Assembly (NCBI GenBank): GCA_964473285.1
Contig: CAYYOI010000004.1
Location: 1 to 59,968, forward strand
Direction: 5' to 3'
DNA length: 59,968 nucleotides
Source of the DNA: an uncultured Methanosarcinales archaeon
GTDB lineage: Archaea > Nanobdellota > Nanobdellia > Woesearchaeales > JACJVW01
The notes beneath the pieces were generated by a model. It saw only the letters and a list, made by a program, of their open reading frames with translations, was not told where the DNA came from and did no database searches. Shown one piece after another: positions 12,201 through 27,200 of this stretch (the stretch's first letter is position 1; every line of letters begins with the position of its first letter). The position numbers were made by a program, and so were the translations under genes.

Positions 12201-15200
12201 AACAATAAACAGTCAAAGAGATTTTCATTAGATTACGCGGAATCATGGGATTATCATGAAAAGATAGATACAAAAAAGGGCAAGCTTTTTCATATTGCTT
12301 CAGACAATCCAGTGATCGTTCAATCAGGAGTTATAGGCGAAAATATTTATGCACAGCTTCCAAACTTTGCAGGAGATCTAGTATTTACTAAACTTACACC
12401 TGGCAGCGCGTCTCGTACAATAATTGATAGCTCATTTGGCCATGGAATCCTTTATGATCGATTGGAATCTTCAGGAAATAGCTTGAAATCTGATTTAAAC
12501 AGTACTCAGGTCCATGCACATTCTGGAGATAGTTTCCGGTTGAATACTGAAAGAGTGCGGATATTCAGTGAAGCTCCACTAAATGCTTATAGCATCCTTG
12601 GATCAAGTGTTCCTTCACAGACACAATCAATTGCAAGCCTTGATAATCCTGGTGGCCTTGGTAAGGTGTATTCTGTTCGTGCAGGAGAGAATGCAAAGGT
12701 TGCAATTGTATCACTTGCTGATCTTAATAGAATAAGTGTAACTGGAGATCTCTCTACTGAGTTCACTTTAGGTAAAGAGAGTAACCGTCTATTAGATGTT
12801 CCCGGGGGTCTTGTAAGCATAAATGCAACAAAACCTGTAAGTGTTTTTGTTATAGGAGATTCAGGATACGCTCCTTTGTTTGTAACACCTGAGACAGTAA
12901 TGTCGGGACATTCCCAATCATATTCTATAAAGGATACTAATTTTACTGATGTTTCTTTCTTTAGTGGCTCAAGAAGCCCTGTAAAAGTGGTAGGGGATAT
13001 AGCTAATGATACAGTTTCAGTTTACAGGGCATTTTCACCTCATGTGGCATATGAGCTAGACGCAGATATAAATGCAACCGAAATTGGAGATATCAATGCG
13101 GATGGATTAGAAGACATACTTTTTGTTGATGCAGCGAATAATCTGAATTACCTTTTGCCCCATCATGATAGGCAACTGGATGTAAATGTAGAGGAGACTG
13201 CAGGTATTGAACGTATAAATGAACCCACAACAATATCATTTAATCCTGCATATGAAATAACTGATGACTGTCGTGATGTGAGAATATATACCTCTGATGG
13301 AGATGAAATAGGACGTGAGATAATAAAATGCCGGCAATTCAATGTTACACTTATAACACATGTATCATTGGACCCTTATGAAAATCTTTCTCTTCATATT
13401 ACATATGGAAATCCTTTCATTGCTGATGAACCTAAGCAACCAGTCTGTCCTGTGAAAACCAGCGGTTCAATAGAAGCAGGGATTGTGGATTTTGGTGATG
13501 CAGGACAAAGTACTGATAGGTTGGGTTTCAAGAAGACCCTTGAAGATAGTGGATGGATTCTCACAAATTACCAGGATAAGACTGGAACAGATATAAATGA
13601 GACTGCATCATCAAGAAAGGTTAATGCATATACTGAAGATCTTGATTCTTATGATTTCCTTGAATTTACGACTACAGGTGGATGGCCACCCTATGGAGCA
13701 TGGCATTTTGGCGGTAATGATCATTCATATTACGGTCCCCCTCCTGAAAAAATAGATTATTGTTCTGATGAAGGCGCCCCTCAGGTATGGACCATGCCCA
13801 GATATAAGGTGGCTCCAGGCCAAGAGATTACTCTTTGGGGGAGGATGGAATTCGAGGACGATACGCAAGCAACATATGAATGGGATTTTGGTGATGGGAC
13901 TACATCTGGAAAAACTTCATTTTCTCAGGAATCAGATACGCAAAGGGATCTTGCGCAAAAACATACTTATCATGGAGCAATTGGAAAGGTCTTTAATGCT
14001 ACGCTATGGGTCAGGCAAAATAATGGAAAATTCTGCTCACAGAATGTTTTTATCGAGATGGTCGATGATGACCATGACCTTGAAGTCTTCCAGGCATTGC
14101 AGGATGGGCTTAAAGTATTATATGAGAGACAATTGAGTGATGGTCGATGGGGTCATGACTTGACTACATCGACACATGATTATTATGATGGTTCCGGGAC
14201 AGCAATGTCACTTATTGCATTCAGTAATGTGGGGCATCTTACTTCTAATGATCCTTCATCTGATATTTATCATCAAACTGTTAAGGATGCTGCCGATTTT
14301 CTGGTTGATTACATGCAGGTTGTAAATGTTGGTAGTTATACACTTCCTGGATCCCATCATGATAATGGACAAGGCCTGAGTTATTACGCAAGAAGTGGAG
14401 GCAGATTTGGATATGTTGATGGCTTTGTAATGATGGGTCTTGCTTCCACAGCTGATGAATACTATAAGCCTTATGTGATTGATATGGTTGAGAATCATAT
14501 AAGAGTAGCATACTATGGAGGTCACAGGACCTGGAGATATTGTGATAATCGCGCAGGGTTTGATAATTCGGCACATCAGTTTCCAGCCCTTGGGATGGAG
14601 GCTGCTGAACAGATTATGGGTATAGATTTTGACTTGGAGACGGGTGGACCATATGATATATGGGGGCCAAATAGAGACAGAATTTATTCCACTTCATGTA
14701 GTTCAGGTTCAAGTAAGGGAAGATTTGGATATACTAGTGCAACTTGCAAAACAGGATATAGTCGAATGGGTTCTCATGTGGGCGGACTGACTAATCTTGC
14801 ATCAGCTCATGAGCCTGTATCAAGTGTGTATGTTCAGGATGCAATAGAGCATTCCTGCAATAATTGGCAATATCACAAGAATAATTACTACAATTTATTT
14901 GGAATTACTAAAGGGCTTAGATTATTTGAAGTGACAGATTTGAACTGTGCATCTCATGAGAATTTTGATTGGTCACGTGATCTTGAGGAGACTGTTTTGA
15001 CGCATCATTCACAAACAAATAACTTTGAATCATGGGATAAAGATTTTCACCGGAATAGAGCTTCAGGTCTTGCATCTGCGTTGATTATTTTGTCTGGAAC
15101 AGTTGTAGGAGCAATACCAATGGCTGATGCTGGTGAAGAGATGGAAGTGATTACAGGTGTAGACGTGTTGATGGATGGTTCTGAGTCATATCATCTGAAT

Positions 15201-18200
15201 CCGAATCAGAAAATCCAGACATATCACTGGGATTGTGAAGGAGATGGCAATTTTGAATATGTAGGTGAATCTCCTTATTATAATTGTTCATGGAATTCTC
15301 CAGGGACATACAATGCAAAACTTCAGGTAAGTGATGATAGTACTCCTACTTTAACAAATACAGATAGTGTAAAAATAGAAGTGAAAGATACTAGTCAAAA
15401 TGTTCCTCCAGTTGCAGATGGAGGAGAGGTCTATACCAATTGTTATGCATTGACGAATACTACATTTGATGCATCAGGTTCATTTGATTACAACGGAGAT
15501 AACCTGACATACCATTGGGATTTTGATGGTGACGGGGATTATGATGATTCTTCCAACATCTCTTCTCCTACAAATGAATTTGCATTCAATTCTCCTGGTG
15601 AGTATTATATCGCTTTGAAAGTAAGGGAAGCAGATACAGATATGCATCTCACTGATACTCATAAGCGTATCAAGGTTGTTTGCGATAGAGAAGATACAAG
15701 TTACTATTATTGGAATAAGGGCTACAATACAATGGATAGATTCAGATCTTATCTTGAGAATGGCGGAGTGATGTGGATTGATAATAGTGGAAGTTCAGGA
15801 GATGGTTATGGGGGTTTCTTTGACCTTTATGCTGGAGATTTCACAGATGGAAATGGTTATGTGCGTTGGAATACAAGCGAAGGCGATACTACTGAAGGAT
15901 TGATGCAGTCTTCCTACTCTTCATCAAGGCTATTGAATTATCCAACCTCTTTAGATGAAGAAGATTTGAATACTGAAATCATGTTATGGACAAATGGTTC
16001 AGCAGGGGGTAGTGGTATTGATATAAGTGAAGGCTTTGTTCCTATCCTTACACGTAATGGATATGATATGTTGGTTGCAAAACGTTATGGATGTGGTTAT
16101 GTTCTTGCTAGTGGAGGTGATTTTAGCTCAGATCTATATGCACCTGATGATATCTCTGATCCGGCTCCATATAAACTAATAACGAATATGATCTCTTTGT
16201 CTACTGGCCAACACAGCGCTTATCCTCCTTTGTCTGTTGATATAGAGGAGGGAGATTCAAGCTTTGCTTTTTCATATCAAGGTGGGGACACAGGTATAGA
16301 TACCTCATCAAACTATGGATTGTCTGTTGGAAATACTGATTCAGATCAGCAGGCTGAGATCTTGTATGCTGCAGAAGATGGAACCTCAAGAATCTTTGAT
16401 TTTATGGAAAAATCCGATGAACAAACAAGTACACCTTATAGTATAGTAGGTTCAACTATATTTAGCTATGAGAACAGTACTCTATTTGGATTAATTAAAG
16501 AGGACAATACTACTTTGCTTTATGATGATTCATTGGAGGACTCCCCTAGGAATCTTGAACATATCTCTTTATTTGATATCGCTTCAGTATCACTTGACCA
16601 TGACCATTTAATATTTATCAATTCTTCCCAAGAACTTGTTCTTTTTGATCCTGTCACAAATACTGTTAAAAATCTAGGTTTCAAGGTTGGCAGATCTGTA
16701 ACAGCAGGAGATTTTGATGATGACCTTTATGAAGAGATTGCCTTTATCACTGCCAATAAAACCCTTGGCTTTTATGATATTATTGATGATGTTCTTTTGG
16801 TTACCAATATATCTCTTCTTGACAAGAGACAGAGTCTTGGTGCAGGAGATCTCGATGGTGATGGAATTGATGAAATCACATACCTTGTTAATGGTACCTT
16901 GAAGATATATGATTCCTCTTCAACATACCATGATTATCTTATTGTAAAGGGTGAGGGAAGAGTTTCTTTGTCGGTTCCTGTTAATCCTGTATTTGAGCAG
17001 AATTCAAGTATAAATTCAAAAATTATTAGCTATAATGGTACAGGAGTTTACAGGTTGCCATCCGGGTGGGATACTTTTACATTTAACAGCACTGAATCTT
17101 TTATTTCAGGAGCGAATAAACCCTACATACTTGATGATTTTGATTATCCAGACAGTATATATTCCAATGGATGGTCCCAATGTGGCACAAATTTTGATTG
17201 TTCAACCCCTGTAAACTCATCATTTAAGACTACCTTCAAGACTTCTTTTTCAGGGATAGGCTCACTAAAATTCAATACTGAAAATGGACAAGGTGGTATT
17301 GAGCGCGAAGTAGATAAACCTTTATCATCCCATAGCAAATTAAATTTTGCATGGATGGTTCCATCTTTTGATCAAGGAAGCAGTGACCCTAATATAATCC
17401 TTAAAGTCCTTTTTGATGGAGGAGCTTCACTTAATTACTATATTAAGACGAGTTCTTATGGGTCTATGGTATGTGGTTTTTCAGGCTATATCTGCATTAC
17501 AGGTGACAATCTCAAAGATGCAGGGTTTGATAATTGGTATACAGTAAAACGTGATCTATTAGAAGATTATGAGGCCGAAGGTTTGTCAGGATCCCCAACC
17601 TCTATTAAAGCAATCGGATTATTTGTTCAAAATAGTGATAATGTTCCTTTCGAATTTTATCTTGATTCCTTGCGTCTTAATCACGCCAATCCAGAAATTG
17701 AATTATCTGATTCTGTGCAGGTAAGCAATCATCATGGTAATGTGCCTGAACTCACTTATTCAATAGGTGAAGAAGAAACTCTTCAATTGTCATGTTCTCC
17801 TGATGATTTGGGATATGATTATTTATTCTGCGAACTTGATGACAGAATTAAAATCAAGGCTACAAATGATACATTAGTCTTTAGTGGTACTGGTGATGAT
17901 ATATATGCCACTCCATTAATCTCAGAAGGCAGAAACGGAACTCTTACTACTCTCTCACAGAATCAGATTAATTATATCACTACACCTCAAGATTCTGCTA
18001 CAGTCACTATAGGGGGTTCTGATAAAGTCATAAATGAAAATGAGTTTATGCAAGTAGGCTATGATGGAACCACTCATGTTACATCTAGTTCTCCTTTTAT
18101 TGCATTATCTTCAGCTGTGAAGGAAAGGCAATCTCTCAATATTAATAGCACTTTCAACTATTCATACAACCTTAATTCAAGTTGTTTCTTTGATAGCCAG

Positions 18201-21200
18201 TGCACTAGTGGGTTCTGTAATAAGGGATTTTGTACCACTCATAATTCATCATTACATCTTGGCGTACTTTTGGACGAATGGTTTATTAATAATGGGAATG
18301 AATACAGCTGTGTAGGCTCATATGATTCAGATGGGAATCTTTCCTGTCATAATGGCTGTGGTGCTCCTGGAAAAAATTGTACTTTCATGCTTGATATTCC
18401 AACAATTCCAATCAGTTCACATGCTAACCATCTGTTGTTCCTTAATATGAACAGTTCAGGACAAGGAGGAAAAGTATCAATATATCTTAACGATTATCTT
18501 ATTGCTGAAAATCTTACACCTCCAGTTAATGACTATGGCAGTCTGCATGTAAAAGTACCACACAGATTCATAGAATCAGGTTCATTCAATGATCTTGTTA
18601 TAGAAAGTACGGGGACTTCAGGTGTAAGTCTAGATTCCTTTATTTTCATTGCTGAGGATACCGTTCTTGTGTCTGGCCAGGTTGAATTGGCAGTTGTTGC
18701 CGATCTTTTTTCTTCCTATGATAATCTTGAAGTCAATATCTCCTCTCCTTTTGAAACTTTACCTACGCAGCTTGCATTTAAAATGAATGGGAATACTGTG
18801 CTTGATTCTGATCGTAATGTAGAGAATGCAGGGCAAGTCTATGTTGAAACCTTTATATCTGAAGCTGCTTCTGAGTCTTTTGTAATCTCTGCAGATAGTG
18901 GACTTGGCAGTGATGAGATCACTCTTATTCCAGTAAATCAGTATTCATATTCACCCCATTATGGATATTATCTTCCTGGTTTGTTTGATCCTGCTACTGT
19001 TTCAGAATATGATTCAAATAAGATGATAAGGCTCCTTTATAACGTATTCTCAGAAACCGACGTTGCTGGCGGCCTTGATTATGGACTAGGTAATCTTGAA
19101 CGTGTACATCGCCATTCAGACTGGTGGAACAAAACTTATCTTTACAGGATTCCTTTGACTCTTCATGCTGGCGAATTTGATCGTAAATCTTTGGCAGTTT
19201 CAATAGATCTTAATGTAACTCCTTTACTAGATAATGTTACAGGTGCATCTCAACCTGCATTCAGAATCAATGGTTTAAGAACTGATTCTATATTAGAAGA
19301 AACAGACTCAAGTGGTGTGGCTTCTTTTATTTGGGACACTACTTTGGAGGAAGGAGGACCTCATTTGATTGACTGTATAATCAATAATGCTTCAGAACGT
19401 TATATCATAAGAGAACCTGATTCATTATCAGATATTTCTGTTGTAGCTGATAAGATTAATATAAGCTCTGATTATTTAGATAGTCGTGAGATTGATCCTT
19501 TCAATTCTTCTAAGAGGCTTGTGCCTTCAGAAGTAGTATATCGTTCAACACATCCTATTGATAAGTATCCTGATAAGCTATATCTTGCAGCCAATGCTAC
19601 TACAAAATGGCAGACTTCGTCAAGACAAGGCGAGATATATCCTATCGATGGTGCAACAATTCATTTTTATATTATAAAAGACCTTACAATAAGGGATCAT
19701 CTTACATGTACAGTTAATCTGACAGAGTATGAAGCCAATCAAAAAGATGGTGAAAACCACTGGTATGATCCTTACCATTGTCATGTTGTGTATGATCCAC
19801 TCAATGATTCTGCCGTAGGTTCTTATAAAGTAATAGTCAATGCTACAAAACCTAACTGGAGTTCGGAGTCAAGAGAGAAGAATTTTTCTATTCGCGGTTA
19901 TCTTGTAACAAATATCAGTGAACCTGAGAGTGATATCTTCCTAGGTTCAACACTAAATCTTGATGCAGATGTTTTGACTGACATAAATACATCTCCTGAT
20001 GATTTAAATGTCAAATGGTATTTTCGTGAAACAAATGAGACTTGTTCATCCTGGACAGATACCAATATCACTGGCCAATCTGCTGGTTTTTCAATTGGCT
20101 GTGACCTATCAGCAACCAAAACTTATAATCTTATGGCTCGTGCATTTGCAAAGGGTTATGAAAGTCCTAGGACATTTGGGAATTATGAAAATTGCGAAGA
20201 GCAACGAAGCAATGCAGACATTCTTGAGTTCCGTGTAAATACTTATGTCAGACCCAATATAACAAGTGGTGTGCATGGCGATCCAGACGACTATATAACA
20301 CTTGATTCTGATGTTGTTGTTACTGATTCAGGAGAATTGAGTATTGATTGTCAGGTCCTAAAATCCTGTGATTCTATTGAAACACCAATAAATGTGCCTT
20401 CCTATGCCGCAAATCTTTCATGTGAAGGATGTACAAATCCCAATGTTACATGGCCTCTGAGTACATCTCCTGATTCTGAGGGGACCTATACCTTTACATT
20501 CGATTTTTCAGGGGAAGAGCTTGATAAGGATTATAATTTCACCTGTTCAATCAAAAATTATTCATATTACTATACAAATCCTGCAACTGTCACAAAGACA
20601 TTGAGACCTGTATCACATATTGGTGATCCTGATTATTGTAATTATGATGGTTATTGTAATGATGGAGAAACATGCCTTAATTGTCCTGAAGATTGTGGTT
20701 ACGATAATCTTTTTAAGGGAGGTGTTTATAGCGATATGGATCTGGTGGAGGGTGAAAATTATACTTTGCATCAGGAGACTGGATGTGGATGTTATTCGGA
20801 GGATTTCTTTTGTGATAGTGTTTATGAAGTAACTTCATCTGCTTGTAGTGATTGCCAGAATTCAGTAACACCTAAAGCCCCTACTATTGTAAGGCAAAGA
20901 ACTGATGATTGTTGGGGTCTTTGTGATGGTACTAGATGTGATGGTTCTTGTGATGGTGTTTCTTCAGATAATGTGATGGGTAGTGGGGAATCTTTCTTTA
21001 TATATGCAAATATTGCAGACCCCAATGAGCAAGATAAATTTGACGCGTGGATTGAAGATACTGATGGAACAAAACTTGCTGATATGGAACAGGTTAGTGG
21101 GACAAAATATGAGTCTGTCATACCATTTAGTACCGATTCCTTTGTAACTGATAAAACCTATCTGATTATTGCCGAAGATGATAGTCAGGATAAATTAAGA

Positions 21201-24200
21201 TCAAATAAAACTGTTACAGTCTATAAAGATGATGGAATGCCCTCAATCGATTCTTTTACAGTGGAGCCTACAGCACTTGCAGAGGGGAATACTATTACTA
21301 TCGGAGTCACAGTCTCAGATTTAGGAGAAGGTGTTTCTCATGTCATCCTGCAAAATGGAACTTCAGATAAGACTTACCTTGAAAGGCAAAGTGAGACTTA
21401 CTTCCAAGGCGAATTGATAGCTAAAGATACTACAGGTTCAGGAAATATGGATATAAATATCTCTGTGTATGACCGTTCAGCTAATGGGCCAGTTGTAGAT
21501 TCAACTACTGTTACTGTTGATACAAATCCACCTCATATCTATGATTTGTATGCTTCTGAAACTTATTTTGAACCCCCAACTAGCACATTTGATATTACTT
21601 TTAGTGCTACTATAGAAGATAGTAATATAGAAGATGCATGGGTGTATAGCCCTGATGAAAACCAAAAAATTTGTGACTTAAACCTTAATGGTGAAAGTCA
21701 TGAATGTACCGTTACATTTGAGGGAGGTTATCCAAAGTTTGGTTCATCTGATGGTACAGCAAAGGCGACCTATCAATTCCTTGCAAATGATACTTATGGA
21801 CAGATGTCGGGAAGTGAAGGGATCTGTAATGATGATTGTAAATTCATATTTTATGATTCAACACCTCCTGAAATAAATTCAATTCTTTTGGATGATAAGA
21901 GTTGGCCTTCAAATCATATGTATGTTCAGTCAGGAACTGATGTATCAATAAAGGCAGAAATAACTGACAAACCTGTCAATGACAGCTCTTATTTTATCTC
22001 ATCACGTGAATTGCTAGATTCAAACTTACAGTCAGTAGGTTCCCTTGAACATTATAATGAGGATGTATGGAATATAACACGAACTATAAATGCTGATTCG
22101 ATATATCATTTGTATGCAGAAGATGAAGCAGGACATTCAGAACAAGTAATGCTTAACTTCACTATAGATGATATTTCACCTGATATAACTATTCTGAGTC
22201 CTGTATCTGATGATGTTGTCAAAGGGACAATTTCATTAGTTATAAACATAACTGAACCTCATCTTGAGACAGATGCCATTGAATACCGTGTGCTTACTGA
22301 TGGTAGTGAGAGTATACCCTGGAGTAAACCTATTCATGATACAGGTGGAATCTATGAAGATTCGATTGCTACTTCAGTGGATCTCAATGATAGTGAAGAT
22401 ACCGTTATTCAGGTTAGGGCTAATGATACTGCAAAAAATAAAGGTTCTACAAGCGTATCCTTTATTGTTGATAATACAAAACCTACTATCACAATAGACT
22501 CACCTCTTGAAAGCTCAACGATAGAAGGACTAGTGTGGCTTAATGCAACGGTTGAGGATGAGACAAGTGGCTTGGCAGAGGTAAGTTATAGAATCGATGA
22601 GGAAGGATTTAATTCATCTTGGGATACTATTGATCCCTATGCTTACCAATTCAATTCATCACATTATATTGATGGTAATGTAAGCATATGCATACGAGCC
22701 TTAGATAATGGTAATAACCAACGTGAGGTTTGTATAGATCCTGTTAATATAGATAATAACGCTCCTGTAATCAATATAACTTCTCCTGAAAACCTTACTC
22801 ATTTGTCTGGTGCAGTAAACTTGAGCGCACAAATCTATGATGAAGCTGGTAACCCTAATCCTGGTTCATATAGCTGTGGTTTTGCTTCTACAACTGAATC
22901 CTCCAATATTGTAGAAGATGAGAACTTTACCTGTAGCCTTTCGACAAAGGGATTGGATAATCATACATGGTATGATCTTTATGTTAATGCATCAGATAAA
23001 CTTGGTCATACTTCAATCAAATCCATCCAGATTTGGGCAGATAATCTACCACCTAATGTTTCACAAGTAACCTTGAGTGATTCAATCCTTTATGAAGGAC
23101 AAGAAATTGAAGTTGTTGTTAATGTAAGTGATGAGTCAGATTTCTCAATTAAGAATGTTACGGTAGATTCACAGATTATTACATGGAATGGTAGTATTTG
23201 GGTTGGTAATGTGACACCTTATATGGATTCTGAGCCCTTTGATAATCTTTCAATAGTTGTTTATGATCATGCAGGAAATAATGTTGATGTTACTTCTCCT
23301 TTTGAATGGGATATTGGTGATGTATCCATTTGGAACTTCACCAGCAATGCAATGTATGGATATTCTTCATCTGAACAAGAACTTGATTTTTCAGTATATG
23401 CTAAAGATGATGATGACAATCTCAAGAATGTAACAGTAGGTTCAATAGAAATGACAAATTCTGGAGGTAATCGATTCGTAGGGACTGGAACTCCTGAACA
23501 AGCCAATGGTTGTGATTCAGAAGGATTGTGCACTCTTTCAGCTGTTGTTTTTGATGAAGGAGAAAATTCTAACAATGTCTCTTTAAACCTTACAATTGAT
23601 AATACACCTCCTTTAATCCATAAATTTACCATTTCCACGCGTGATTCTTACATGAATTCATATGATAATTACTCATATCTTATCCAGGCAGGTGACAGTA
23701 TTGGATTACTAGAAGCAAAAATAAATGGAATTAGTATGAATGCAAGTTCCATGTCTACTTCTGTAAACTATACTTTGTCAGCGAATGCTACTTCTATTGG
23801 ATGCACTGCTCCTGTAGCACCATATTCTAACTGTACTATCCAGGGTTCAGTCTATGACTGGGTCCTTAATAATGACACAAAAACTATTAATGTTAAGGTT
23901 GATGATTTCAAGCCAATCTTTTCAGGTATATCTGTAAATGGTCAGTTAACCACTCCTTTAGTCTCCCGTGACGGAATGGTGTTTCTTGCGGTAAATCTTT
24001 CAGGAGAAGGCCCTAATACAATCCATCAAGTCATTGCCGAACCTACTGCTCATGAAGCAGGGAACCAGTCACTTAGTTGGAATGGAAGCCTATGGACAGG
24101 TGATATCAAGATTGATAATGATAATTATATCAATCTGAGCGCAACAGATAAGGCCTCGAATACTGCATACAACAATTCCTTTAGAATAGATGTAGATCTT

Positions 24201-27200
24201 TCTTATCCTGAAATAAGAAATTTCACTTCAGATGCACTAGATGCTTATTCTCGCAATGATTCTGTAATCAATTTCACAGCTGATGTAACTGATACTAATC
24301 TGGATGAAGTTTTTCTCTCCTCTAATCATACTGATGAATGGTATTTAATGAAGAATAGTTCACCTTCAAGATGGTACTTGAATATGACTCCTGCAATCCT
24401 TGGTTGTCCTTCTAATGGATATTGTAATATCCAAATTGAGGCTACAGATCTTGTTAATAAAACACAGAATGATACTTATACTTTGATTATGGATACAATT
24501 GAACCTTCAGTTTCTATGGTTAGCTTATATAATTCTATTACTGGAGTTGAGGATCTTGTTAAGTTTAACGGATCTTTGGAGGTCATTGTCAATGTTACGG
24601 AAACAAATGAGACAATCCATTATATAAAAGCTGAAGACCAAGAACTTTATTGGAATAATCAATACTGGTATGCTTCAAATATTACAGTAAGGAATACAGC
24701 TTCCCTGAACTTAACAATTGCAGATAAAGCTGGTAATTTGGCTTTTGTTAATGAGTCATATAATTTGGATGATGAGAAACCCATTATTCAAAACTTCAAT
24801 TCATCTGAGAGATATAATGTCTCTAATCCTGAGACAACTATAAATTATACTATCAAACCTAGGGATGATAATGGAATATATCGTGCTGTATTGAGATCTG
24901 GTAACACTGAAATGTTACTTTCTAATCTAGATCCTGTTGATTTTACAGTCCTTGATTATTACTATATAAATGAAATTATGTTAGGCCCTGATTTTGGATG
25001 CACTGAAAATAATCAATCATGTTTGCTTGATATAATTGTATATGACCGGGCTTATAATAATAATACCCTAAATCTTAATATAACCATTGATATGGTTGAT
25101 CCAGTAGTTCATTCATTCACTTCGCCTGATTTCATTGAAGGAATAAATAATACCAAAATCCTACAGACCAGTAAAGTTGTTAATTGGACTGCTGAATTAA
25201 CTGATACAAATCTAGTGGCATCTTATATCCATCTAATAGAGTCTAATGATAATTCACATAATGAGAGTGTACATTTAGGTTTGGTAAAAAAAGAGGAATA
25301 CTGGACAAATAGTAGCTATCTTGAACTTTTTGGTGCAACTAATGGGTCATATGTCATGGAAGTAGTTGCACTTGATAAGGCTGGTAATTCCGGAAAAACC
25401 AATCTTACTTTCCTTGCAAGCAGTGCTGCGCCTGAAATACATTCATTGGCAGTAGACAAAAGTTTTGTTGAAATTGATAAGAATGTTACTGTTTATGTGA
25501 ATGTGACCAGTTCAACTGCAGTAAATTATACCCATATTCATGTATTTCCTCCAGGGCAAGATGCCCATATAGCTGAGATGGTCTTGGTAAGAAATTATTC
25601 CTCAGAAGGCATTAAAGATGAAAATGGCCTGACTGTATATGGCGGAATCTATGAATACTCTTATAGAGGAGTGTATGATGGAACACATAATGTCAGTATC
25701 TATTCAGTTGATATAGAAGGAGATGGTGCGGATCATGAACATCGTTATAATAATCTCTTTACTGTACTAGGTAAGACTACTGGGGCGTTGGATCTCAATG
25801 TTGAACCTTCACAACCAATTGATAACTTGACATATGGTTATAATCAGACTTTGCTTGTCAATATTACGCTTAATAATACTGGAAAAGTAAATATGTATGA
25901 TGCCGTTTTGGATATTGATGAGTTTGAAGGGACATATCTTAATAGTTCTGAATATGTATGTGATCCTGTTATTTTACCTGATGAGACATGCAAACTTGAG
26001 AGAAACATAACTGTAACTTCCCAGGCCCCTGTTGGACAATCTAATATTAATATTCGAGGGTTGTGGGATAATCCAGAAGGGTCTGTGGATTCAAACTCAA
26101 CAGCTCATACTGTAACAATAGAACCTAATCATATGATAAAGATCCTGAATCCTACTCTGTCATACTCAACACTTTATAATCAAAACCTTACAGTTGGAAC
26201 CATTCTTTTACAGTCTTATGGTAATACAAATATAAAGAATGTGCAGTTCAGTTTTGATTCTATATCAGGTTCCATACCTCCTGTTTTTGTAAGTGATTCA
26301 GGATTCGATATAAAAAAGAATGAGGTCTATCCTGTTAATTTGAGTGCGCAGGTCAATGGAAGAGGAATGTTCTTTGCTAATCTTACAGTTGAACTTGATG
26401 GTTTGTGTGAACCCGAAAGTAATTGTTATGATTGGAAACTTCTTACTTTATCTGTATATGATTTTATCAATCTGTCACTATTAAGTCCCTATGGTGAAAA
26501 AGACAGAGGTTACCTTGATATTGGGTGTGAAATCAGAAATCTTTCGGAAAATTTACCTGTGGAATCTTATTCGGTATATCCATTTATTTTAAATGATTCC
26601 TCTGCGTTTCAGCAGTTTGCAGTATCTGAAGAAATAGTCATTCCATCTGATTATCTGTTGGAACTATCTCCAAAATATCTAATTACTAATGCCACAATTA
26701 CTTTTAATACCAACGAAAGACATATGTTGACGCTTTCATCTGATTATGGTTCAGAACCATTCAATAATACCTTTGAGGTATCTAATGGCACTATGGTAAA
26801 CATTCCTGTGAGTTCACTAAATAATTTTACACCAACAGAAGATTGTGTCTTAGATCCAGAGTATCCAGAAGACAATTGTTTTTACTTACTAGAGTTTAAC
26901 TCAAATGATCCTTTCACTGCTGATATATTCATCAATATAACTTATATTACTCCTCTGTCAAATTGTCCTGATGGTACCGAATATACTGGTACTTACTGTT
27001 ATTATAATAAAAGCTTAGAAGATACTTGTCTTGAGGGTTTTGTAGATAAAGATACTTATTGCGCGCATGTACCTCTTTTGAAGGATCAGTTCAAAACTGA
27101 TGTAAATGGTATTATGGAACATACAGTAAACACTTCACTTTATCTACCTGGTGAATATCAAGTTGGCTGTGCCATAATACGTGATGATTCACTGTTCTAT

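Noticed and set aside
14080-15100. Toroid as an active squalene-hopene cyclase or alpha-2-macroglobulin thioester domain
   Set aside because: No DxDD catalytic motif and no CGEQ thioester motif
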